Assembly: GCF_018977255.1 (NCBI RefSeq) | Contig: NW_024704742.1 | Location: 121,770,001-121,834,000 of the forward strand | DNA length: 64,000 nucleotides | DNA from: Callorhinchus milii | Taxonomy: Eukaryota | Direction: 5' to 3' | In this document: in pieces, positions 54,208-64,000 of the stretch | How the letters are laid out: each line of letters begins with the position of its first letter | Numbering within the stretch: position 1 is the stretch's first letter | Notes under the pieces: model-generated | Databases searched by the model: none | The model's input: the letters and a program-made list of their open reading frames with translations, nothing else | Told to the model about the DNA's origin: nothing | Program-made: the position numbers and the translations under genes

Positions 54208-55326
54208 TATCATTATCAAATGCAAGGATTATTATCATTAATATATTTTCTTTACAGAATTTCTCCCTCTTATCCTCTCACGATACAGATGGCGACAGCT
54301 ACTCATTAACTTGTCCCAGTGGCTGTTCTTCATGTGTGAGTCAGGGAAGTGATTGTTGTCAATTGAGATGTGTTTAGCTGCCTCAGCAGCTATGGAAATA
54401 TTCCAATTCAGCTCGTCTTTACCCAATAAGTAGACCTTGGAGCAGCTTCAGTCAGAGGCAGACACACTAGCAGATTTCGCTCCTCTTATTCCAAGGGATA
54501 CTGACATGAGTTGTAGCATGCTCCCAACCTCCCTCCCTCCCTCTCTCAAGAAGGTACATCTCAAAACACGTCTCTTTGATCGCTCTCAGTTATCTTTCCC
54601 CTCCCTAGCCCCTTGGGTCCGACCCCCAGCTCAGGATGCCCATCTAGCACTGTTAAGCGCTTTGAGATGTCCTTCCAACATGAAAGGTGTTATATAAATG
54701 TAAATTGTACTTTATCGTATTGTTCTGATGGAGTCTAACTGTTCAGTGCAGACAAAACAGTCAAATCTCAGGCCCAAGTTCCTACATCAAATTCAGTGTT
54801 AACGTAAAAGTTGTTCTGTTGCAGTTGCTTTTAAAATGGCTTATTTAAGAACTTTCCAAAATTCTGCCTAATTGCTATGTTAAGCCGATGACGGTCTTAG
54901 CCTTAAGATGTCTCTATGGCTTAAATATGGCTGTGCTTTTAGCCATGTTTCCCCTTCTACCCCCTCTTCAGCTCCCACCCCAGCTCGGATGCCCAGCCAG
55001 TAATGTCAAGTCCTCTGAGGCGTGAAATTAACTGAATAGATGTAAGCCGTAAGTGCCATATGATGCATTTACTTGGTGAGTCATGAAGGGTACAGTTTCT
55101 ACATCCTTAACTTGGATTTGTTAAATCCAAGTTTCACCCACAAAATACACAATCAATCCACTTTACAGTATATCCTGTGAAGCGCTTTGAGACATCTCGA
55201 TGATATGATGAGGCGCAATATCAAATGCAAGGTTATTAATCTCTCAGATGCTCTTTTCTGTTTGCACCAATTCACTTCTCTTGGGTTTACTCATCATTCA
55301 GTAACAGATTGACCATGTATTTACAG

Positions 55327-55562
55327 AGCACAGAAGAGGTCTCTGAGGCAAATGACACAGATCCAGCAGCACTATTGGGCATGGAACCTTATCTTGTTCG
55401 AAGACTTTCCTTTCGGGCTCTACAGCTTCCACCATTAGCCTTCAGACTGGCTGAACAATTTGACTGGGAAAAAAACTCAGACACAGAGCACATACCAAGG
55501 CCAACTACGCTTGCTCTGAAAGCTCCCCCTCTAATTGCCATCACTGCAGCAGACACCTCAAG
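55327..55562 (+). CDS. PDE4D: Coding exon of a cAMP-specific phosphodiesterase 4 long isoform (PDE4D7-type unique N-terminus)
   Basis: Translates STEEVSEANDTDPAALLGMEPYLVRRLSFRALQLPPLAFRLAEQFDWEKNSDTEHIPRPTTLALKAPPLIAITAADTS. This closely matches the recalled human PDE4D7 N-terminus (GMEPYLVRRLSCRNIQLPPLAFRQ...RPTSLPLKILPLIAITSA). Acceptor tatttacag|AGC (phase 0); donor AG|gtaagt (phase 2). PDE4 family is secure, but the paralogue (4D versus e.g. 4C) cannot be settled from one exon. Confidence 0.85.
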
Positions 55563-56774
55563 GTAAGTGAAATTGAACAGTTCTTTAGTTACCTATTGTA
55601 GCCGGTTCCTCAGGCCTTACTGTACTTTTCACAGCAAGATCCCAAGTGGAAGAAGTGGTGCCATGCATCATTAAGAAAAGGTTCTTGTGTTTAATATCAA
55701 GATCCTACTTTGGGTGTATACAGTGAAAGCCAAGGTAGATGTTTATAGGCCCCTGGCATACTTATTTACTGGCTGTGTGAGTTGACATTATGTTCAGGTT
55801 TTTATAATCCTGCTTCAGTTAATTTGCAGGGGACGTAAAACATCCCTGAGTAGAGGAACAATGCGAAAACACTTTTATTCATAACCATTAGGATGAATGC
55901 ACTATGATTTGTCCAATCTTTGTCATACTTTGACTACAATAAAATTAAGATCATCATTGTCGATTCCTGAGAAGCTTTCAAATGGTGGGCACAGGAATAG
56001 AAGCAATTTTGAGATATTAATGCTTGTGTTACCTGGAACAGGATCCATTGTTGTATTGAAAAGCTATACAGACAACAATCTTTATCTGACAGAGCTTCAC
56101 TGCAGATTATATTTGCAGGCTACTCTTCTTCTGTATTTGACTTTGTAATTTGAAGGAATCTGCATAGTAAGCAGTGATATAAACAAGTATTTAATAATGC
56201 TGAAGTTCAGCTCATTACGATGACAAAATTCACTTCTGCCTTCTAGAAATGATCCAGTCAGCACATTTCTAATTGTAATTCTGAAGGGAATCCTGAAGTG
56301 TATACTTTGGAGTGGGTGGAATTTAATGATGTAACATCCTTGAGTTGGTGCCAATGAAGAGGCTTAAAGCATAAGACACTTCGCAATTTTTTAAAAAACT
56401 ATGGACTTTTACCAGTTTTGCATTTTGATTAACGTGTGGAAGTTCAGCAGCAGTGTACAGTAGCTTTAATTAAAATGAATATTTTAAAAGGCAGCATTCT
56501 CTTGCTATCGCTATAATAAAATGAAATATATTAAGCACTAAGCAAAAGTGAAACCAACATAAATCACTATCATCATATTGGAGGATTTGTTGAATCAGTC
56601 TTCTTTGTCAATACTGAAATCACTGTCATATTGAAGCATTTGCTAATTTTATTGAGCTGTCCTACATTATGTCAGAACATATTAGAGAAATAAAAGAATT
56701 TTAAAGTTAATTGTAGGGCTGTCTTTTACAGTACTGCCTGTACTTGGAGTATTGATATGTTGTACAGTACCATT

Positions 56775-57138
56775 CCTTTAGCGTAGTGGTTAGAGCATTC
56801 GCCTCGCAAGCGAGAGGACCTGGGTTTGATTCCTGGAAGAGCGAAACCTTAGGCAGCTTTCCTTACTCCACACTCCTGTGCCTACCTAGCAGTAAGTAGG
56901 AACCTTGTTATTAATCAATTGGCGGATTGGTTTTTCGGGTGCAATAATCCCTTAAACAAAATGTGGTCACTCAATCCATGATTGTTTGTGGGATACTGCT
57001 TTGTGCAATTGGCTTCAGCGTTTTGCCTACAAAATATAGTCAATTCACTTTTAAGTATATTCTTTGAAGCACTTTGAGACGTCTCGAAAACGTGATAAGG
57101 TGCTATGTCAAATGCCAGGATTATTATTATTATTATTG
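56775..57138 (+). mobile_element. Deu-domain SINE, long subfamily
   Basis: Full-length, with the internal segment. Confidence 0.85.
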
Positions 57139-60100
57139 TCAAAGGTTAAAGTCATACCAGAGATCAGGGTATCGGCTGCCCGGCTTGTATTTTGGTTAGG
57201 ACATTGGATATCTAATGGTAGATCTTCAGCATTGTGAAAAATGAATAGAAAAATATTTCCCTTTGAGCTAGCTAATAACAAACAGATGTTAACAGGTATT
57301 TATAACTGAAAGAGTTTAGTGTTATACCTCACTGGAGGCCTAAAATTTTAAGATATTAGAACAAATGAGAAATTAAAATAATAATAATCCTTAAAATTGG
57401 TCTGATGAATCAAAGTGCTTCACAAGATTTTACTGTCAAGTGTAGTGTCTGATTATTTTGCAGGCAAATACTGCAGCCAATTTGTGCACAGGGAAAATGG
57501 TTCCAATTTTGCTAATCTAAATTAATTCCAACATTCAAAAAGGGAGTAAGTGGATATCTTAAGGAATTACTAACCAGTGGTGGAGGAAAAAGCTTAAAAG
57601 GTATTTTATGATACTGTATCAACATTCGTCTGAAGAGACCTGAGGTGTTGAAAAGACTAGTTTCAGAAAAAGTGTGTCATGTTTCACAAATCCAATGGAA
57701 TCTGTTAAGAAGGTAAATCAATCAGCGGATGAGGCATTTCCTGTGGATGCAATCTACTCTACTTGGATTTTTGTAATAGTTAATAAATCCTGCATCTGGC
57801 ACTTTAAGAGGAAATTAGGGCTCATTGAATTAATCGCAATTTAGCCAACTGGATTGAAAACTGATTTAACAGTTGAAACAGGAGGAGAGAGTGGAGTTGA
57901 TTTAATGGCATATTCAATATTCATCACACTAGATGATTGAAGTTTGACCCACTTCACTTTGTGGTGCTAATCATGGGCTCCTTTGGTGACCCAGGGTATT
58001 GGACATCTGGTTTATGGTTTTCAACTGGGAGTCCTGGATAGCAGGATGCCAGCTGTCCTGAATTGATTTGTTTGGTAAAAATCACACTAACCATCAGATC
58101 TGGATTCTAACTCCACATACGTGACTCCACAGATGTCACTGGTGAGGATTGATTCTGGGGATGTGAGGGTGGGGCGAAGGAGGGGATTGGGAGTATTTCC
58201 CTTCCAGCACCCTTGTCTTGGCCAACAATCCCCCAAATAAAATTGGTCATTTACTTTGTGGTGGTTGTGGGACAATGCTACAAAATATACTGTCATTAAC
58301 CTTTATAGTATGTCCTGTGAAGCGCTTTGAGACATCCTCGACATGTGGAAGATACTAAATGTAAGGTTTGCTATTATTATTTGATGTAATAAATATTGAA
58401 TTGACCACAAAATCCCTTCGTGACCTAGCACCTCCCTATCTTTCTGACCTCCTTTATCCCCACTTCACTACCCATTGCCTCTGTTATGGCCTCCTGCTTG
58501 TCCCTCATCCCCTCCACTCCACTATTAGCAGCAACGCTTTTAGTCACTATGCCCCGAAGCTTTGGAATAGAGACTGAAAGCCTGACAGACTTGAAATAAA
58601 AATTGACAGTCATAATAATTTGACACCAATTGCCTGTGAAATGCTTTGAGATATTTCAAAATGATAGGGTTTTTTATCAAATGCAAGGATTATTATTTCT
58701 TGTTAATATAAATAGTTTTGATTGGTGGAGAACAAGAGTGCAATATCAATGAGCCTGAAATGAGACAGAGGATTCCATATATTTTTTTTACCTCCTACAC
58801 AACAGTTGGAATAAAATACCATCCCAAATACTTAATGTTCATGTTGATTGGTTTATTTACAGTAGATCTACAGAGCATCGACTTAAGTGGATAATTCAAG
58901 GTTATGAGAAAAAGAACAGACATAAATTGATCAAGTGCTGTGTGAAACACAATTTTTCCTGTTCTGGGAGCAAGAAAGTGTCAAATATGCAATGCTATAG
59001 GGGGAATAGCATGGTTTGTAATGTCAGATTGATATCCTAGATTTTGTTCAATTACCTTAGGGGGTCATGGAGAAATTTCACATAGTTGTATGTTGGAAAT
59101 ATTATGTCTTAGCAGTCACCTCCCGCAGGAGGTAAAATAAATTGAATGGAATCCATGATAGTACAAATTGTACATGGTCTTTTGAGGGAACAAGCTCAAT
59201 GCACTGAATGGCTTTATCTCATTAGATTGTTTTAATGTTGTTTTACACTTTATTAAAGTGCACTGATAGATGTATTTCATGATATCTTATGCTCTGGGAG
59301 ATTGCAATAACTGCATTTGTGACAAAGCAAGAATACCAGTAACAGACTGTACAGAAGAATTAAACATACAGAATGAATCAAGCCATGATGTTCATATGTC
59401 CTCTAAACTGTAAAGTGGACCCTTGCTTTTTTCACTAATCATGATATTTTGAGTCAAATGTTTGAGTATTTGGCTGACAGGCTGAAAAAGATACCTGTCA
59501 GCCTGGCTCAGTTGGTAGCACTCTTCCCTCTGGTTAAGAAGGTTGTGGGTTCAACACCCCCCCACGCATTCACACTTGAAACTCACAGTCTAAGCTGGTA
59601 CTCCAGTGCAGTGCTAGGGGGTGAGCTGCATTATTGAAGGCGCCATCCTTTAGATGATTGCCAGTTCAGATGGACATTAAAAGATCCTGTGACACTGTTC
59701 GAAAAGAAAAGGGAGTTTCTCCTGGTGTCCTGGTCAACAATTCTGCCAAATAAAATTAGATACCAGGAGAAACTCCCTTTTCTTTTTGTACAGTGCCACA
59801 TGATCTTAAACATCTACCTGTACAGGCAGGTGGAACTTTGGTTTAATGTCTCATCCGGAAGGCGCTCCAACAATGCAGCTCTCTCCAGCATTATTTTGGA
59901 GTGTCAGCTGATATTGTAAGTTCCAAGTCCCAAAGTTGGCAATCTTCTTACCCAGAAGCAAGAGTGCATTTCATATTTTTGTTACCTGTAAACTGTTCCT
60001 CTGTATTTAGAGTTTTTGTTTGTTCATACTGTCTCTACCCCATCAAAGGTATCTCTCACCCCACAGCTGTTTTTAATGTTCTGATAAATGGTCATTCCCA

Positions 60101-61669
60101 AGATGTTAACCTTTCATTCTCCATCAGACTCTGTTTTTCCCATTTCCAAGTTCGAGCATCAAAGCTCTTCTGTGCATAAGGGACCCATCAGCCCCTGTTG
60201 TCTGATGTTTTTAAATTAGTTTTTTTTAATGATTCAACTTTCCAGATTATCTGCACTATTATTTTTCTTCTCCAGTTTTCTCCCCTTGTTTCCTCTTCTG
60301 AAGGTGTTTGAATTCTTTTTCTTGCTACTGAGGAATGGTTCATGGCAATCAGGTGCCCTCTTGTACCTGATGGGGACAAAAAGCCCATCATGTGCGAGCC
60401 TTGATGGTGAATGTTGACAGGTTATTTAACTGGTTGAAATCACAGACGAGTCTATTTCTTTCCAGAACCAACATATCCACATATGCAAAGTGATCTGCAA
60501 TGGCTAGTTTGCCCCTACTTAACATTGAGCGTTGAGATCAAGTGTGATACTTCAAATGTTCCTCTGCCAGAGATGGGACAACGTAGCACAGACCAGGATT
60601 TAATTGCTTTTATGGTTTCAATATAAATCCAGGTGTGCTGCAGGCATTTTAAAAACATTTTCAAAGTTTAAAACGTTTCTCTTAAAAGTTCTTGGAAAAC
60701 TATTCTATTTGTTCCAATGCTATTAATAAATAATAACCACAAGTGTTTGGCATTAGGTGGAGATACTCTGGATGTTCTTAATTGCACCAACACAGACCAA
60801 TCCTCAACCCTTTATCAAAAGCATTTTGGAGCAGATAAGTATAAATCAAATAATTGCAGTAGCAAAAAAATAAGGGGCATCAATGTGACCCTTTGACATT
60901 TATTTTAGTCCTGTCAGCTTGACATTGAAACAGCTATAGGATTGCAATATGGGTGAAGTAATGGTGTCTCAATCTCAGGCAAGGGGCAGGGAATGCCACA
61001 AGAGCTCTTCATTTTCATCAAAGGTCTCTTGCTCAATTATGTTGACAGACATAGGACTCCAGAGTATCCACGAATGTATTATTCAATGGGTCGTGCGAGA
61101 CATTTATTTCCCTGACCCTTTATGTAATATGTAGCATTTGAACTGTTTTATTAATGCTTCTTTTCTAGATAAACATACAAGGGTTGAAAATGTGGTATTT
61201 GCAACAGAGAATTTGTAAATATTGAATCCTGCTAGGAAACGTCACATCACAAACACCTACAGGAACACTGTTTTAACCCAATCCATTTCCAGGGACTCTT
61301 GTTGATTATAATCTATAATAATAATCCTTGCATTTGATGTAGCGCCTTGTCACATCATCGATGTCTCAAAAGGCTTCACAGGATATACTCTAAAGTAGAT
61401 GGACTGTATTTTGTGGGCAAAACACAGCAGCCACTGATGATTGGCAATGCCCCATCAACAGCCATGGAATGAGTGACCAATTTTTGTTGGAGGATTTGTT
61501 GGTTAGGACACCGAGAGAAACTCCCTCTCCCTTCCCTGCTCGAATAGTGCCGTGGGACCTTTAACATCCAGCTGAATTGGAAGAGGGGACCTTGATTTAA
61601 TGTTGCATCCAACATAATCTACTTATTATTTCTCCACTCTTTTGTTGTAAATAACAATATGCATATAAC

Positions 61670-62160
61670 TCAAACAGAAGTCGCTGGGACACTCAGCAGG
61701 TCAGGCATTAGGTCAGGCATCTATTGAGAAAGGAAAGTGAGTCAACGTTTCAGGTCCACGATCCTTTGTCAGAACTGGGGCATGTTGGGAGGGAGAGGGT
61801 TTTAAGGGCTAACAGAGAGGGGGGAGGCAGGATAAGGAAGACAATGGAGAAAATAGGGTAGAGGACAGGGGATGATGAGTTAAAGAGGTGTTAATGATGC
61901 AAAACAAAGATGGAGGCGGGGAAATTGCAACAATGCAAAACAAAAAGGGGTGGAATTTGGAACAAAATAGGCAAACCAGAGAGAGAAGAGGTATGTCTGG
62001 GATCCAGATGATGTGGTAATGGTCATAGGAGAGGGGGAAGGTGAGCTGTTATGGTCTGAAATTGTTGAACTCAATATTGAAGCCAGAGGGCTGAAATGTC
62101 CCAAGCAGATAAATGAGGTGCTGATCTACAAGCTTGCGCTGTGGCTCATTGGAACTTGTT
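61670..62160 (-). mobile_element. Penelope-like element 3' end: GIY-YIG ORF C-terminus and pseudo-LTR
   Basis: 62159-62049 on the minus strand reads TSSNEPQRKLVDQHLIYLLGTFQPSGFNIEFNNFRP*, resembling the PLE endonuclease C-terminal motif (R.L.E..LI..LGT..P.G.N). It is followed by a pyrimidine-rich UTR and a hammerhead-like motif. Confidence 0.8.
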
Positions 62161-62199
62161 CTCCATCCACGGTCTCCTATGCTGTTCCACAATGGTGGA

Positions 62200-62486
62200 G
62201 CTCAAGGCCGAGCTAGGGGGAGGGAGTAGGCTTAGACCGTATGCGCGGTTGAAAAGGAAGGGCTTCAGGTGCGACCTAAAAATGGGAAAGGAGGTGGGGA
62301 GGCAAAGGAGTTGAGGGAGAGAGTTCCAAAGTTTTAGGATACAGTGGCTGAAGGCATGGCTGCCGATGGTGGAGCAGAGGATTTGGGCTATGCTGAGGAA
62401 GCTGGACCCAGTAGAGCGGAGGTATCGGGTATTGCTATGGGGCGAGAGAAGCTTAGAGAGATAGGGAAGTGCCAAGGAATGGAGGG
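62200..62486 (-). mobile_element. L2 ORF2 C-terminal fragment lying between Penelope-like arms
   Basis: LHSLALPYLSKLL..LRS..IGSHAFS..KLWNSLP..FRSHLKPFLF. Confidence 0.85.
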
Positions 62487-62727
62487 GACACACCTTTTTT
62501 CTCTCTGGTCAGCCTATTTTGTTGCAAATTTCCCCCCCACCCATTTTGTTTTGCACTATTAACACTACTATTCCCCTGTTGCGTTGCAATCCCCCTTTGT
62601 TTTGCATCATTAACACCTTTTTAACCCATCATCCCCTGTCCTCTACCCCATTTTCTCCCTTGTCTTCCTTGTCCTGCCTCCCCCTTCTCTGTTAGCCCTT
62701 AAAAGCCTTTCCCTGCCAACATACACC

Positions 62728-62764
62728 AGTTCTGACGAAGGGTCGTGGACCCAAAATATTGACT
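62728..62764 (+). ncRNA. Degenerate minimal type I hammerhead ribozyme motif (other copies at 61740-61776 - and 46769-46805 -)
   Basis: Three-copy consensus AGTT-CTGACGA-A-GGGTC-GTG-GACCC-GAAA-CG-TT-GACT; each copy has core substitutions. Confidence 0.7.
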
Positions 62765-62826
62765 CACTTTCCTTTCTCCATAGATGCTGCCTGACCTGCT
62801 GAGTCTTTCCAGTGATTTCTGTTTTT

Positions 62827-63026
62827 CAGGCCGGTCTCACGGTCTCTTTGACCGTGCCTTCAACTCCCCTCTTGACTCTCTACCCCCTCCTTGCTCCCTC
62901 CCTTCCCTCTCCTCACCCTGACCATTTCCCCCCTGCTCGAGTCCTGACCCAACTGTCCAGCGCCTTGGGACATCCTCTTGACGTGAAAGGCGCTCTATAA
63001 ATGGAATCTTGTTGTCGTTGTTGTTG
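62827..63026 (+). mobile_element. Short L2 3' end inserted into a Penelope-like repeat
   Basis: Highly similar to the reverse complement of 31258-31457; (TTG)n tail; flanked by TGTTTTT on both sides. Confidence 0.9.
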
Positions 63027-63669
63027 TTTTTGTTTCAGATTTCCAGCATCTGCAATATTTTGCATTTTGTTTACGAATATAACCGATCCCCTTCTCCTCC
63101 TCATTCATCACTGGGTATCTTGGAGTTATCCTGTCCTACAGATATTCAGTCAAAGCTTGGATGAGTTGCTGCTATTGTAGTTGCCGAGATCACAGTAGAT
63201 GTACTGATTTGACCTGCTCCTTGAAAGTAAAATCTGTTGTCTACTCGATAGATTGATGTGCGTCCCACGCTCTGTCAGCCAGCAATGAGATCTCACCTGA
63301 ATTTACACTTTAATTTTTCCCAGCACTTGTAAAATTACACTCAGTTTCTGACTGCTGACCTTTCAACATCCGAGATATTACAAGTCTATAAATTTTATAC
63401 TGGGGGAATACAGACAGACCTCCTACTGCTTCCAATGGGAAAACCGCCCCCATTTCAATTGCTTCTCAAACTTAATTGAGGGAAACTTTTGAAATAGCAG
63501 CACACAACCGTAGAAATCTACCGCTCAGAAAAAGGTCACTTGGCCCATCCTGTCTGGGTCAGCTCTTTTAAGAGAAATATGTTATGTATTAGTTATTACC
63601 GGTAATAATTATCATATCACACACTGCATATTTTCCTCTAATATTGCTTATTCATAGAGTCAAGCAACA

Positions 63670-63977
63670 ACAATAATAATAATCCTTGCATTTGATATAG
63701 TGCTTTTCACATCTTCTAGACGTCTCAAAGCGCTTCACAGAATATACTGTAAAGTGAAATTGACTGTATATTTGGGGCGAAACGCGGCAGCCAATTGTGT
63801 ACAGCAGTATCCCACAAAGAGTCATGGATTGAAGCGACCAATTTATTTTTTTTTCTTGAGGGATTATTTAGGCGTGTGGAGTAAGGAAATATGCCCAAGG
63901 TTTCGCCTTGTCGGGAATCAAAGCCAGGTCTCTCATTTGCGAGGCGAGCGCTCTAACCACTGAGCTACAGGACTCCA
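63670..63977 (-). mobile_element. Deu-domain SINE, short subfamily
   Basis: Full-length reverse copy. Confidence 0.9.
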
Positions 63978-64000
63978 CGTACTCCACATTCATAGTACTC

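Larger units (their letters stand above)
62487..63069 (+). mobile_element. Inverted Penelope-like pseudo-LTR, interrupted by an L2 tail
   Basis: 62487-62826 is the reverse complement of ~61670-61997. The repeat resumes at 63027-63069 (tttcagatttccagcatctgcaatattttgcattt). Confidence 0.8.

Noticed and set aside
55309..55326. ORF-track start MTMYLQ for the PDE4 exon
   Set aside because: It lies in the splice acceptor (tatttacag) and is more likely intronic.
1..64000. CRISPR arrays, operons or prokaryotic defence systems
   Set aside because: No regularly spaced repeat-spacer array and no prokaryotic gene density; the sequence is vertebrate intron.

Overview
Eukaryotic, repeat-rich vertebrate DNA. 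The SINE/LINE repertoire points to a cartilaginous fish, possibly a chimaera (inference). The window is mostly intronic and covers the 5' region of a cAMP-specific phosphodiesterase 4 gene on the + strand. One coding exon is clear (55327-55562) and encodes a PDE4D7-type long-isoform N-terminus. Two upstream exons are candidates: a non-coding one ending at 6984 and an ATG-bearing one at 38613-38749. The rest is dominated by tRNA-derived Deu-domain SINEs (several subfamilies), AmnSINE2-like relics, L2 and CR1 LINE fragments (one young 2.4-kb L2) and Penelope-like elements. The most notable observations are: (1) minimal hammerhead-ribozyme motifs in inverted Penelope-like repeats; (2) a cluster of PKA, JNK-docking-like and calcineurin PxIxIT motifs in the PDE4 exon; (3) a 3' stem-loop shared by the youngest SINE subfamily and the young L2; (4) an unassigned ~200-250 bp repeat in five copies; (5) a 125-bp near-perfect hairpin with a duplication-flanked copy of its arm. 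Nearly all listed ORFs are repeat-derived or chance. Repeat coordinates were read by eye and are approximate, and family names come from recalled consensus sequences, not a database search.
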